A stretch of 32,617 nt of DNA from a virus. The notes under the pieces were generated by a model that worked only from the letters and a program-made list of their open reading frames with translations, was not told the origin of the DNA and made no database searches. The stretch lies in the IMG/VR virus record IMGVR_UViG_3300048854_000232, positions 1 through 32,617 of that record; one strand, given 5' to 3'. The translations under genes and the position numbers were made by a program. Below are positions 17,355-27,693 of the stretch, piece by piece; positions within the stretch are counted from its first letter, which is position 1, and each line of letters begins with the position of its first letter.

Positions 17355-20300
17355 TTAGGTGGTGAGGACAGTGTGATCCGAGCTCGAGAACGCCTCGATC
17401 GGCAGTGACCGCAACGTGCCGTCCGCGAGGACGTAGTACAGCTTGCCGTTGTACGCGCTGTGGTAGAGACGCCCCGGCTGCGAGTTCTGATCCGTGATCG
17501 TCATCTGACGACTGTCCCAGTTCCCACCCGTCCAGCGGTTCAGCGAGGATGTGTCCACGCCGGCATCCGAGACGTGTACGGCGACGTACGGGACGTAGAA
17601 GTCCGGGCGCTGCAGTACATCGAAGGTCGGCGAGGTCTGCGCGTAGGAGCAGACGCCCCACGTGGTATACCCGCGGAAGATCGCCAGTTCCGGTTTGGAG
17701 GTCAGGTCGATCGTCACACTGGTGCCCGCGGCGTAGTCCGTCTCACCGTGCTGGGTGGTTTCGATGAGGATCGAGTCGTAGGTGCGCGTGACGCGTACCC
17801 GTACCGGACCGGCCGTGTCCCAACCGTGACCCGAAGGCACGTAGGCGCCGGCACTGGCACGGCTGGAGTCCAGCACGCCATCGCCCCAGTTCAGGCCCGT
17901 GTTGATCTTGGCCACCGACACGGCATCGTCTTCGAGCAGGTTCACACCCACCGTCATGAGACCGTAGATATCACCGCCCGGCAACGTACCGGCCGTGGAC
18001 TGTAGCGCGAGACCGCCCGGCGTACGCAGCACGTACAGACCAAAGTCCTTACCCGAACGACGGGCACGAGCCGCACAGACGCCGACAGCCATGGCTTCGG
18101 TACCGGTCGCGCCAAGTTCCACTTCGAACTGGTACTGCTTCATGCCCACGCGGTTGCTGATGAGCGCTGCACGGGTGGTCGAGGGCGTGCTGCTACCGAC
18201 GAGGACACCGTTGGTGTCATCCCACGCATAGCCCAACACGTCACCCCAGAAGGCGTCACGGTTGACCGAGCCAAAGGCCGAGGTCCGCTCGAACATGCGG
18301 TAGTCGTCTTTGATGTTGCCGGCGATGTCCTGGCACGCGGTCTCGTCATCGGTGGATTCGGCCACGTTGATAAACTCCACCAGCGAACCGGCTTCGTCCG
18401 GACCGAACTGCGCCGCCGAGCGACCAAAGTAGATCTGGCCAGCTGCCGCACCCTGCAAGGACGGACGATCATCGAGCGTCGAGGTGTAGAGGATCCCCGC
18501 CGGTTCGGCGTCAACCACCTGCGCTCCGTCACCGAATCCACCGCCCGGATCGGACTGGACCGACAGCGTCATCGCTTTACGATGGACGGCGTTCTTGGAC
18601 CACAGCTTCATCTGGTGGGTGGTGGCATCGACGCTGTAGCCGAAGGTCACCGCGGTCGGATCGCCTTCCAGGCACGTAACCTTCAACGTGGTGTAGTCGT
18701 TCATCGACATGTGGATCTTGTACACCGAGTCGCGGATCGCATAGCGCGGGTCACCACCGACGACGTAGAACACGATGTCCTTCACCGGGTGATCCGGATC
18801 GGGCGTGGTCGGCGGGGTGTAACCGGCAAGCCACGACCAGGTGATCCCGTTGTTGATGACGATGGGATTGCCATCGCCATCCTGGGAGTTGATCGTGTTG
18901 ACCGCGTCAATGTAATAACGTGTCTGCACGCCACCGACGATCTGGGCCGGAGTCAAACCGCGAAGCAGCAAACTGTCCGCTGCCTGACCGGTCTTGTCCA
19001 GCTTGGTCAGGCCGGCTGCCGCAATGGCCGCATCGGCCTGCGTGGTCGTGTACGCACCCACCTGCAGTGCCGTGGTGGCATGCGGGTTGTTCTGGTCCGC
19101 GATGTGCGCTGCGAGGCCTTCTGCCGCGCCCGAGCCAGCCAGGGCTGCAATGGCCTGGGCAACTTTGAGCGGGGTCATGTAGGCGGCATCGGACGAACCG
19201 GACGCAGCCTGTGCCGAGGAGGCCACCGGATAGTTGGCGACGTTACCCAGACCAACCTGCTCCTGGGTCACCAGGTGGGGATTGCTCGTGTTGTTCACGT
19301 GCGTCGTGAGCGGCGTCTTGACCTGCAGGTTGATCGCTTGGAGCGTCGACTGCGGGGTCATGTACACGGCGTTGGACGTACCCGCCTCTGCCTGCGCCTG
19401 CGTGGCCAGACCGAAGTTCTGCACCAAGCCGAGGCCGACCTGGGTCGCCGTGGTGGAGTGCGGGTTGTTCGTGTTGTTGATGTGGTTCGTCAGATCGCTA
19501 CCGGACTGCGACAGGATCGCCTGGCGAGTGGCCGAGGGCGTCATGTACACGTCGTTACGCGTACCGGCCTGGGCATCCGCGGTCGAGGCGATGCCGTAGT
19601 TCTGGACGTTGCCCAGACCCACTTGCGTGGCCGTTGTGCCGTGCGGGTTGTCCGTGCGTGCCGTGTGCACACCCAGCGGGCCCAGGGCCAGCGTGGTGAT
19701 CGCCTGACCCACCCGGAGAGGGGTCATATAGAGCGTGTTCGAGGTCGCCGCCTGCGCGTCGGCCTGGAGGGCAATACCGTAGTTCTGCACGAGCGGCAGC
19801 CCCACCTGATCCTTCGACACCTGGTGAGGGTTGAGGAAGTTGGACACGTGGGTATTGAGCGGCGTCACCGCCTGCACACCGATCGCCTGCGCGGTACGCA
19901 GTGGCGTCATGAACGAAGCATTGTCCGTACCGGCCGTAGCCGTGGGCACGTCGGCGACGGTGTAGTTGGGCACGTTGCCGAGGCCCACCTGGTCTTTCGT
20001 CACTCGGTGCGGGTTGTTGTAGTCGACCAAGTGGTCGGCCAGACCCGCGTTGCCCGACGCCAGGATCGCGTCTTTGATACCTTCCAGCGACTCGACCACT
20101 TCGGAGGCGCCGACCAGGTCGACGAGGTCCCACTGGTGATCGATGACGGGGAATTCGAAGGGAAGGTCTGTGACCTCTTCCCAGGTGGTGATGCGCGGGT
20201 TACGCAGCGTATCGGACAGGATCTGGAGGATCTTGGCCGAATCCACCGTCCACGCACCACCGATGGTCTGGTACTTCAGCTCGATGACGCCCGTGAGGGT

Positions 20301-20588
20301 CTTATCGAGGAAGGTGATCGAGCCGTAGATCGGCATCCCGCAGGCAAGCGACGCATCGTGGAAACGGTGCGTGCAATTGAAATCGACGCCTTCGGCCAGG
20401 ATTTTGCCCGACGGATGGTGCACGACTTGCAGCGACGTCCGGAAGTACGGAGTGGCTGCCGGGATGATGAAGTAGAAGTCCGACCAGCTGGGTGGCGAAA
20501 TCGGCAACCGCTCGCCCTGGATCAGGTTGGTTGACTTGGTCCCGGTCGGATCGAACGGATACGTATAAGTCGGGGTGGTAGAAGGCAT
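17355..20588 (-). CDS. phiKZ gp146-like large tail/baseplate fibre protein with NPH repeats
   Basis: The N-terminus 'YPFDPTG..STNLIQGE...PYF...YQTIGG' is paralogous to the 15501 gene. Six NPH repeats, then beta-rich C-terminal domains. GGAGAG RBS. Confidence 0.8.
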   Translation of the reverse strand: MPSTTPTYTYPFDPTGTKSTNLIQGERLPISPPSWSDFYFIIPAATPYFRTSLQVVHHPSGKILAEGVDFNCTHRFHDASLACGMPIYGSITFLDKTLTGVIELKYQTIGGAWTVDSAKILQILSDTLRNPRITTWEEVTDLPFEFPVIDHQWDLVDLVGASEVVESLEGIKDAILASGNAGLADHLVDYNNPHRVTKDQVGLGNVPNYTVADVPTATAGTDNASFMTPLRTAQAIGVQAVTPLNTHVSNFLNPHQVSKDQVGLPLVQNYGIALQADAQAATSNTLYMTPLRVGQAITTLALGPLGVHTARTDNPHGTTATQVGLGNVQNYGIASTADAQAGTRNDVYMTPSATRQAILSQSGSDLTNHINNTNNPHSTTATQVGLGLVQNFGLATQAQAEAGTSNAVYMTPQSTLQAINLQVKTPLTTHVNNTSNPHLVTQEQVGLGNVANYPVASSAQAASGSSDAAYMTPLKVAQAIAALAGSGAAEGLAAHIADQNNPHATTALQVGAYTTTQADAAIAAAGLTKLDKTGQAADSLLLRGLTPAQIVGGVQTRYYIDAVNTINSQDGDGNPIVINNGITWSWLAGYTPPTTPDPDHPVKDIVFYVVGGDPRYAIRDSVYKIHMSMNDYTTLKVTCLEGDPTAVTFGYSVDATTHQMKLWSKNAVHRKAMTLSVQSDPGGGFGDGAQVVDAEPAGILYTSTLDDRPSLQGAAAGQIYFGRSAAQFGPDEAGSLVEFINVAESTDDETACQDIAGNIKDDYRMFERTSAFGSVNRDAFWGDVLGYAWDDTNGVLVGSSTPSTTRAALISNRVGMKQYQFEVELGATGTEAMAVGVCAARARRSGKDFGLYVLRTPGGLALQSTAGTLPGGDIYGLMTVGVNLLEDDAVSVAKINTGLNWGDGVLDSSRASAGAYVPSGHGWDTAGPVRVRVTRTYDSILIETTQHGETDYAAGTSVTIDLTSKPELAIFRGYTTWGVCSYAQTSPTFDVLQRPDFYVPYVAVHVSDAGVDTSSLNRWTGGNWDSRQMTITDQNSQPGRLYHSAYNGKLYYVLADGTLRSLPIEAFSSSDHTVLTT
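19050..20033 (-). repeat. Coding tandem repeat with 183-bp period (about 5.3 units)
   Basis: NPH at about 20011, 19828, 19645, 19462 and 19279 (183-bp spacing); the last at about 19084 (195 bp). Confidence 0.9.
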
Positions 20589-20710
20589 TGACTCTCTCCG
20601 GCCTTAAGACGCCAATCGTATGCGTCAGGGTAAGGATTTACATGCAGCATATCATGATCGCCTCAATCCCCTGAATCGACCTTTTCTCTTGGCTTTAAGG
20701 AGTCCTTCGT

Positions 20711-21952
20711 ATGGCCTATCAGTACAAGGCTGCCATTGCGCGATCCAAAGGTTTGGATGGTACCTGGTCCAGTATCGACGCCGGTGGCATGCAGTTGAAT
20801 GCACTGCTGGGCGATTACTCGAAGGTGTACCTGACCCTGACCAACCCCGTACTGACCAGTGATGTCTACTTGGATCTGGACGCGGTGCGCTATCAGATCG
20901 CCCCCTCCTCCATTCCCCGCACGCTCAATGATTACCTGGTCTCAGTGGGTAACGCCACGCTGCCAACGTTGGATGCGTTGCCGGAGTTCACCGTCGCTCC
21001 GGCGATGTATAGCGATGCCTGGCGGGCTGGCTTTACGGTGCAGCCGGTGGACATCGGTCGTAACCCGAACGCGCAGTTGCCTGTCGGTGCGAAGAACGAC
21101 CTGCTGCTGTCCAAGCCCGGTCAGGACTTCAGCCAAGTGGCCAAGTACGCGCTGGTCACGGTCAACGGCTTCTTCCATCGGACCGGTGGTTCGCCCGAAG
21201 GCATCTACGTCGTTGACGGTGGGAAGTCCGGTCGGATCCGTAACGACAACCAGGTCGGCGTCTACAGCTTCAAGGACGTGGCCGATCTGGACATCATCCC
21301 AATCACGCCAGAGATGGTCTACAAGACCGACCCGTCGGAGACCTACGGTGAGTTCGCTCACGTGCGTCTACCTTACTCGATGGACGGCAAGACGCTGTTG
21401 CTGGTCCTGGGCGGTTACTTGCACGTGCTGGATGACACCTACAAGCTGGTCGGTGAGCGGTCGGTCAAGATCGACTTCAACAACTACCCGTTGCCGGAAC
21501 GGATCTTCGAAGCGCAGTACTCGATCGACATCTCGGGGCTGGACCTGGAAGCCTCGCCGAACAACGACGCGCAGTACACGGTGGCCGATCTGTACTCGGA
21601 TCGCACCATCTTGAACTACCTGACCCTGTCGCAGTCCTTCTTCGTGGCTGTGAACACCGCGGCCTTCTACATGAAGCGCATTTCGGTGGAAGGGGCCAAG
21701 CTACCGGGTCGGTACTACGGTGACCTGCCGCTGCGCTACCCGCTCATCGGTGGCGTGGGTCGAGTCTACGACTACTTCCTCCAGCCAGACTCCGGGCAGT
21801 GGGTGTACATGGCCGAGCCGGTGGTCGATACCCAGTTCAACTTCCGCACGCAGTCCTGGCAGATCGAACACTCCATCGATGCCACGCGGAACACCGTGAC
21901 GCCCTGGCGTTACTCCCGCGCGTTCCTGCTCGAGATGGGCAAGTACCTGTAA
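20711..21952 (+). CDS. Conserved phiKZ-like virion structural protein
   Basis: TAAGGAG RBS. Motifs 'LVTVNGFFH', 'LLVLGGYLH', 'YLTLSQSFFV' and 'LPGRY' resemble a conserved jumbo-phage structural family (recall-based). Confidence 0.7.
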   Translation: MAYQYKAAIARSKGLDGTWSSIDAGGMQLNALLGDYSKVYLTLTNPVLTSDVYLDLDAVRYQIAPSSIPRTLNDYLVSVGNATLPTLDALPEFTVAPAMYSDAWRAGFTVQPVDIGRNPNAQLPVGAKNDLLLSKPGQDFSQVAKYALVTVNGFFHRTGGSPEGIYVVDGGKSGRIRNDNQVGVYSFKDVADLDIIPITPEMVYKTDPSETYGEFAHVRLPYSMDGKTLLLVLGGYLHVLDDTYKLVGERSVKIDFNNYPLPERIFEAQYSIDISGLDLEASPNNDAQYTVADLYSDRTILNYLTLSQSFFVAVNTAAFYMKRISVEGAKLPGRYYGDLPLRYPLIGGVGRVYDYFLQPDSGQWVYMAEPVVDTQFNFRTQSWQIEHSIDATRNTVTPWRYSRAFLLEMGKYL

Positions 21953-21961
21953 GGCATAGCA

Positions 21962-22001
21962 CCCCTCCTGACCCGTCAAGGTCAGGAGGGGCTTTTGTCC
22001 G
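21962..22001. terminator. Hairpin between convergent genes
   Basis: CCCCTCCTGACC / GGTCAGGAGGGG stem, with GGCATA on the left and CTTTTGTCCG on the right. Confidence 0.85.
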
Positions 22002-22937
22002 TTAGATCGTTTTGCTCGGTCCGACAATGGGTGCCGTGGAGGTGATGCCACTGGCGGTGATCGGCTGAGCAAAATGACACGCGCCGTTGAACGTACCCGC
22101 TCCGGTGACCGTCAGGGCTCCGCCGATGGTGACATCGCCGCTGAATCGACTGGTCGGGGTCTTGAAGTTGTTCAACGAGCTGTTGACGAAGAAGTTCTTG
22201 CAGTCGAACTGGATCAGCGGCGCTTTCAGGTAGATGGCGTTGCCCGCATCGAACGTAATCGTGTCGTCGGCATGGGCGAAGATCTTGGACTTATCCAGCT
22301 GGATCGTCGTGCCGTTGGCGTTGGTGAACTCGATCAGGGTGTTCTTGCTGTCCAGGTGCATGTTGTTACCGATATCATCGGCAATGATGAACACCCCGGT
22401 GATGGTGTTCAGCTGCAACACGTAAGCGCACAGTTCCTTGTTGACCTTGGAGGTCTTCAAGGTGATCAGCCCGGTATGGGTCGAGACCTCTAGGAAGTAA
22501 CAGTTCTCCGGCTTGGTCGGGTCCACGGATTCGTCAGCGGTGCCAGAGAACGAGTAGCGAACGGTCTCCAGCTTGCGCAGGTGGTCGTCCCAGCCCAACT
22601 CCGTCCAGTAGAAGGTGTCGGTGTCGCCGTACTGCCACAGGAGCACACGCTCGCCACGGCGGACATCCGGTGGGGTCATGCGGTTGGTGGCCATCGGGAA
22701 CCACTTGGCCTGTACGGCGTTGTCCACCGTCACCTTGGAGGTGTAGTTGGCGCCAGAGCCGTCGGTACCCGTGGCTTCCGGAGACAGCGGCTCGGACTTG
22801 ATCTCGCCATCCAGCATCGTCATCTGTTCGATCGGGGTGACCATGACCATCGGATCGGGGCTGCCATCGGTGGTCGTCAGCTTCTTGTTCTCAGCGACGA
22901 CGCCGATCGAGTAAATGCGAAGACGGGAGGTTTCCAT
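22002..22937 (-). CDS. Baseplate central spike (phiKZ gp164-like; gpV/gp5-type OB fold plus beta-helix)
   Basis: 'YSIGVVAENK...NRMTPPDVRRGERVLLWQYGD..FYW' N-domain, followed by short beta repeats and 'FSGDVTIGGALTVTG', as in puncturing spikes. Confidence 0.75.
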   Translation of the reverse strand: METSRLRIYSIGVVAENKKLTTTDGSPDPMVMVTPIEQMTMLDGEIKSEPLSPEATGTDGSGANYTSKVTVDNAVQAKWFPMATNRMTPPDVRRGERVLLWQYGDTDTFYWTELGWDDHLRKLETVRYSFSGTADESVDPTKPENCYFLEVSTHTGLITLKTSKVNKELCAYVLQLNTITGVFIIADDIGNNMHLDSKNTLIEFTNANGTTIQLDKSKIFAHADDTITFDAGNAIYLKAPLIQFDCKNFFVNSSLNNFKTPTSRFSGDVTIGGALTVTGAGTFNGACHFAQPITASGITSTAPIVGPSKTI

Positions 22938-23057
22938 GGGAGGATCCGGGTGATAAGAGTCATAAGAAAGAGCGAGCTGACCGGACGGTAGATATTTTTA
23001 CGGGGATTCCTCAAGGTATGTCTAAGCATTACCTGCCTTTTTAGAGGATCTCTCGAC

Positions 23058-25517
23058 ATGCGGATCGAGGAAGTGGAGCTGTCGGGCTATACCCGGCTCA
23101 TGCTCTCCAACATCTCCAAGCTGCACTACACCCCGACCCTGCCCTGGCAGCTGGTACTGGGGTCCAACGGGTCGGGTAAGAGCTCGCTACTGGCGGAGCT
23201 CTCGCTCCTGCCTGCCAATCCGGCTGACTATTTCAAAGGCGGCTACAAGAAGATCCGGGCGACCCACAACGGTTCGACCTACGAGACCATCTCCTTGCTG
23301 GATCACGGTCCGGGCAAGCACACCTTCATCAAAGATGGTGAGAAGCTCAACAACAACGGCACCGCCACGGTCCAGCGCCAGTTGGTCGAGAAAGAGTTCG
23401 GTCTGACCGATGAGCTGCACCAGATCCTCATCGGCAAGCTGCGGTTTACCGACATGGTCCCGACCAAGCGCCGAGAATGGGTGACCAAGCTGTCCACGGC
23501 GGACTACACCTACGCCCTGACCGTGTTCAAGAAGCTGAAGGTGGCCGAACGTGATGCGTTGGGCGCCACCCGCTTCTTGCAGCAGCGGATGATCCAGACC
23601 ACCACCGACCTGAAGGCCTTGCCGGAACTGGAAGGCTTGGATCAGCGAGCCGATCGGTTGCGGGCGGAGCTGAACCTGCTCCTAACCTCACGGGTGCCGA
23701 ACCTGGCCCAGTACAGTCAGATCAAGCAGCGGCTCTACCAGACGCTCCAGGACGTGGAGACGATGAGCCGGGAAGTCCAGGCCCTGGTGGTGCGTCAACC
23801 GGCCGGACGAGCGTACGCGTCCATGGAGGAGGTTAAGAACGACCTCAGCCAGCGAGAGAGCGAGGTCAACGCCACGCAGACGCTGCTCAACCACTACACC
23901 CGGGACTACAGTGACCTGGAGTCGATTATCTCCTCGATTACGCTGACCGGGGAATCGATCCCGGAGAACATCGAAGGGGCGATGCTGGAGCTGGAAGGGG
24001 AAGCCCAAGCGCTGACCCAGAAGCTGGAGAAGTTCTCCAGCCTGGAAGAGGCCGAACTCCTTCGCCGGGATACCCATCAGGTTCTGGACCAGGTGATCGA
24101 GCTCTGGCAGGAGCTGCCGGAGAACCGCGAACGTAAATACAGTCGGGAACGCTCCGACGAGGCCCGGGAACACCTGAGGGTCCAAGAACAGATCGTGGAC
24201 ACCGCCAAGGCACGTCTGTCGCAGATCGAAGCCCGCCTGTCTGTCATGAACTCTGCCAAAGACACCAGCTGTCCCGATTGCGGGTTCACCTGGCGTGATG
24301 GCTATTCCGAGGATGAAGCTCATCAACACCAACATTCGATTGAGAACCATAATGCTGCTGCGGCGCAAGCGCGAGCTGCGATCAAGGAAATCCAAGACTT
24401 CCTAGAGCAGTCCGAGCAGTACAGCGCGCTGTACACGCGGTTCCGTGGCTTTGTCTCCAGCTACCCCCGGCTGCGTCCCTTGTGGAACTACCTGGTCGAG
24501 AACAAGTGCCTGACCGATAGCCCGCAGTCCCACATGGGCATCTTCTATGCCTGGCGACGGGACGTGGAGACCACGGTACAGATCGAGGAGAAGCGTCGAC
24601 GGATGCAGCACCTGTCCGAACTGGCGATGCGGGCCGATAGCGAGGGCGGGCACTTCAGTCAACGCCTGGCCAAGCTGCATGCCGAGATCGAGACGACCAC
24701 GGGTGCCCTGCATGACCTGCGTACCGATGTGCGGGTGACCAAGCTGTATCACGATCAACTGGTGCGGTTGGAACAACGGGCCAGTAACCTGCAAGCGCGC
24801 TTGAGTGAACTGGAGACCCTGGAGGTTCAGGCGCTGGATGCCCTGCGCAATCAGGAGATCGATGCGACGGTAGCGCAGGATCAGAACGAGCTGGCCTTGA
24901 TCCAGCGGCAGCTGACCGACAAGCATGCACTGGATGGCGTGATTGCTGACCTGACCCATAGCCTGGAACATCAGGAACTGGATCACGCCGCGTTGGCAAT
25001 GCTGACCCAAGCGCTGTCGCCGACCGAAGGGGTGATTGCCGAACAGCTGACCGGCTTCATTGGTTGTCTGGTGGCACAGTTGAACTCGATCATTGCCACG
25101 GTGTGGTCCTACGACCTCACGGTCTTGCCGTGCGGTCTGGAGTCCGGTGAGCTCGATTACAAGTTCCCGGTCCGTCACGTGGGCTTGGATCAGCCGCGAT
25201 CGGATATCTCCAAAGCCTCCACCGCTCAGAAAGAGATCATCGACTTCGCCTTTGTGTTGACGGTGATGCTCTACTTGGACATGGCCGATTGGCCGTTGTA
25301 CTTGGATGAGTTGGGTGCAGGCTTCGATGACCAGCACCGTATCAGTGTCATGAACTTTGTGCACCAGTTGATGGATGTCAACCGGCACAGTCAGGTCTTC
25401 ATGATTTCCCACTACGCTTCGAACCATGGATCGTTGGCCAATGCAGAGACCTTGGTCTTGCATACCGGCAACATCGCGGTCTTGGGCGATTACAACAAGC
25501 ACGTCACGATCTCCTAA
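23058..25517 (+). CDS. sbcC: SbcC/Rad50-like SMC ATPase
   Basis: Walker A 'GSNGSGKSS', long coiled coils, Zn-hook 'CPDCG', degenerate signature 'ASTAQ', Walker B/D-loop 'LYLDELGAGFD', H-loop 'ISHY'. GAGGA RBS. Confidence 0.92.
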   Translation: MRIEEVELSGYTRLMLSNISKLHYTPTLPWQLVLGSNGSGKSSLLAELSLLPANPADYFKGGYKKIRATHNGSTYETISLLDHGPGKHTFIKDGEKLNNNGTATVQRQLVEKEFGLTDELHQILIGKLRFTDMVPTKRREWVTKLSTADYTYALTVFKKLKVAERDALGATRFLQQRMIQTTTDLKALPELEGLDQRADRLRAELNLLLTSRVPNLAQYSQIKQRLYQTLQDVETMSREVQALVVRQPAGRAYASMEEVKNDLSQRESEVNATQTLLNHYTRDYSDLESIISSITLTGESIPENIEGAMLELEGEAQALTQKLEKFSSLEEAELLRRDTHQVLDQVIELWQELPENRERKYSRERSDEAREHLRVQEQIVDTAKARLSQIEARLSVMNSAKDTSCPDCGFTWRDGYSEDEAHQHQHSIENHNAAAAQARAAIKEIQDFLEQSEQYSALYTRFRGFVSSYPRLRPLWNYLVENKCLTDSPQSHMGIFYAWRRDVETTVQIEEKRRRMQHLSELAMRADSEGGHFSQRLAKLHAEIETTTGALHDLRTDVRVTKLYHDQLVRLEQRASNLQARLSELETLEVQALDALRNQEIDATVAQDQNELALIQRQLTDKHALDGVIADLTHSLEHQELDHAALAMLTQALSPTEGVIAEQLTGFIGCLVAQLNSIIATVWSYDLTVLPCGLESGELDYKFPVRHVGLDQPRSDISKASTAQKEIIDFAFVLTVMLYLDMADWPLYLDELGAGFDDQHRISVMNFVHQLMDVNRHSQVFMISHYASNHGSLANAETLVLHTGNIAVLGDYNKHVTIS

Positions 25518-25544
25518 CCGGGGTCGTGACTTTAAGGATCCTTC

Positions 25545-26654
25545 ATGCAACTCTCCAATCAAGAACAGCTGGCCATCGCGCGCATCGAGATCCTGACCAA
25601 GTCGGTGAGTCTGATTGCCCGGCTGCTGCGTGACACCTCGCCACTCCTGGCAACCTCTCTGGACAAGATCATCCAGGCCCAGAGCGAGGACATCGCCAAC
25701 CTGCAGGAAAGCTATAGCCAGCTGGCCATGACCGGCTACGGCGTGAAGGCGACGCACAAGCGCCGGAACAACGAGAAGGTCTCCGAGAACGGCCTGCCGC
25801 AGAAGGCGACCAACCCGATCGATCTACCCTGGTTGCAGAACTACCTGGGCCAGTACATCCACCAGCACGAACCCGAAGGCACGGCGCGGATTGGCATGGC
25901 CAAGGCCCTGTATCTGACCGACGAGAAGATCACCGCGCGCTTTGCCGATGTCGCCGAGACTCTGGACAAGGCACCGGCGGGCTTCTACCGTGGCTCGCTC
26001 GTGGCGTTGCCGGAAGAGCAGCAGGCTCAGGCCGTGACACTGGTGTTGCCGATCAACTATGTCGGCACCCAGCACATCCTGATCTACGACTTCACCGAGC
26101 GGGTGTTCTGCGTGGTCACTCATGTCTTCGCCGAAGACGAGTGGGTTCGCCATTCGATGGGCGAGTACCTGGCTAAGAACCTGGTGGAGTCGCACTTCGC
26201 CAAGCTCATGCAAGACTACGGCATAGAGGTCAGGCCCCGGATCACCCAGGAGCATGCGGCGGATGTGCTGCGCACGATTCTGGAAGAGCGTCCGATTCCC
26301 GAAGACGCTATCGAGGTTACCCTGCCCGAGCCGAAGAATTGGACGGGTCGCCTGGAGTATCAACGCGTTGCCCAGGTCGATAGCGATCGCGCCGATCTGA
26401 GTCCTTACTGGATCATCGTCGCCAATAATCCGGCGGGGGCCGTTACTGCCAAGATCCGCACCAACACCGCCGGGGGGATCAGCACCGTCGATTCGATCAC
26501 CTACCGCGGCATCGTGCGCACCGCTCCCGGTTCACCGACGATAGACGACACCGTCAGCGTGGGTTGGGACGCCTTCGATGCACTCAGCCAGAACCTAATG
26601 CTGCAGGATCTGAAGGCTATCCTTCGCTGTGCCACCTTCTCTGTAAAGGAATGA
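25545..26654 (+). CDS. Hypothetical protein
   Basis: TAAGGA RBS, 369 aa, strong codon bias, no recognised motif. Confidence 0.75.
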   Translation: MQLSNQEQLAIARIEILTKSVSLIARLLRDTSPLLATSLDKIIQAQSEDIANLQESYSQLAMTGYGVKATHKRRNNEKVSENGLPQKATNPIDLPWLQNYLGQYIHQHEPEGTARIGMAKALYLTDEKITARFADVAETLDKAPAGFYRGSLVALPEEQQAQAVTLVLPINYVGTQHILIYDFTERVFCVVTHVFAEDEWVRHSMGEYLAKNLVESHFAKLMQDYGIEVRPRITQEHAADVLRTILEERPIPEDAIEVTLPEPKNWTGRLEYQRVAQVDSDRADLSPYWIIVANNPAGAVTAKIRTNTAGGISTVDSITYRGIVRTAPGSPTIDDTVSVGWDAFDALSQNLMLQDLKAILRCATFSVKE

Positions 26655-26656
26655 GT

Positions 26657-27433
26657 ATGTTCGCGACAATGATGCGTTCGATGTTCACCCGCCGCTGGTG
26701 GAGCCACCATACCTGGGTCAAGGGTGGGGTTCGCTGGTGGTGGCACCGTACCGAAGAGACCATGCAGATGTTCCGGGCTAACAACGCCCGCAATGTCGTA
26801 CGCACGGTTCACCTGGATATCTCCACCTTCAAGTCCCAGTTCATCTGGGGCCTGTCGTTCAAGATCGAGAACGACTGCGAAGGGACGTACTCCTTCCATC
26901 TGGGTATTCCGTTCCTACTCGCCCTGTACGTCACCATCGATGCGGGCCTGCCCAAGTGGCTGGTTCGGTTCACTGGTGATGAGAGTGCCTCGTGGGGCTG
27001 GTACGCCACGAGTTCGGGGATCAGTCTGTCCTGGGGCGGGGATTCGAACAGCTCCCCGACGCTGCGTGGCTGGAATACGTACTTCCCCTGGTCCCGGTTC
27101 AAGGGAAAAGAGAAGTACAAGCGCTTGCTTCTGGAATCGCGGATCCTGACCTTCCAACAGCCGGCGTTCGGCGAATACCCGATCTCCTCGCACAAGGTCC
27201 TGATCGAGAAAGTCCAGTGCACCTGGACCTGGGGCAACCCGTTCGTGCGCTCCCGGACCGATGTCTTCTACGAGATCGATTTCAAGGATAAGGACATGGT
27301 TGCCCCCAGCTTCTCCGGCAAGTACGGCAAAGACGGGATCTCGGCCATGAACTTCCGTGACGTCGGTAGCTTCGAAGAGGCTATCAAGCGCTACACTGAC
27401 ACGGTGACCGAAGAGCGCCGCCGTCGTGGCTAA
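26657..27433 (+). CDS. Hypothetical Trp-rich protein
   Basis: AAGGA RBS; start is 26657 or 26651 (ATGA overlap with the upstream stop). Confidence 0.7.
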   Translation: MFATMMRSMFTRRWWSHHTWVKGGVRWWWHRTEETMQMFRANNARNVVRTVHLDISTFKSQFIWGLSFKIENDCEGTYSFHLGIPFLLALYVTIDAGLPKWLVRFTGDESASWGWYATSSGISLSWGGDSNSSPTLRGWNTYFPWSRFKGKEKYKRLLLESRILTFQQPAFGEYPISSHKVLIEKVQCTWTWGNPFVRSRTDVFYEIDFKDKDMVAPSFSGKYGKDGISAMNFRDVGSFEEAIKRYTDTVTEERRRRG

Positions 27434-27653
27434 GATCAAGCGGACCGCAGTCACCTCACCCAGCGGGCCGGTGTTTGCGAACGTGAAGGTTGGCAACATG
27501 GAAGTGGAGGTCCCCATCCATAGAGGGGTGATCTCCATCCCCAAGGAACTGATGCGCGGGGAATCGGTAGTGACCACCACAGTCACTTACAAGGTTCCAG
27601 CCGACACGCCGATCAGTCGACCGACCGAATACCGCAAGCTGCATCTGAAATGA
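27426..27653 (+). CDS. Small hypothetical protein
   Basis: GTG start overlaps the previous gene end; the ORF stops just before a terminator. Confidence 0.55.
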   Translation: MAKIKRTAVTSPSGPVFANVKVGNMEVEVPIHRGVISIPKELMRGESVVTTTVTYKVPADTPISRPTEYRKLHLK

Positions 27654-27657
27654 CCCC

Positions 27658-27693
27658 TCCCCACCTGGCGCAAGCTGGGTGGGGATTTTGCCG
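27658..27693 (+). terminator. Terminator with GNRA loop
   Basis: TCCCCACCTGGC-GCAA-GCTGGGTGGGGA, then TTTTGCCG. Confidence 0.8.

Noticed and set aside
16080-20033. Regular repeats as a possible CRISPR array or DGR template/variable pair
   Set aside because: They are degenerate in-frame coding repeats. There are no identical repeats with spacers, no adenine-specific variation noticed and no reverse transcriptase in the window.
18582-20534. 650-aa plus-strand ORF, and similar antisense ORFs (15765..17243, 14172..15491, 2867..4249, 24402..25757, 29634..30695)
   Set aside because: Antisense shadows of real genes with high GC at third positions; no recognisable motifs.
23058-25517. SMC ATPase as a Wadjet/Lamassu-type defence system
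   Set aside because: It has a Rad50-type Zn-hook, no recognisable partner genes, and sits next to the spike gene as recalled for the core SbcC of phiKZ-like phages.
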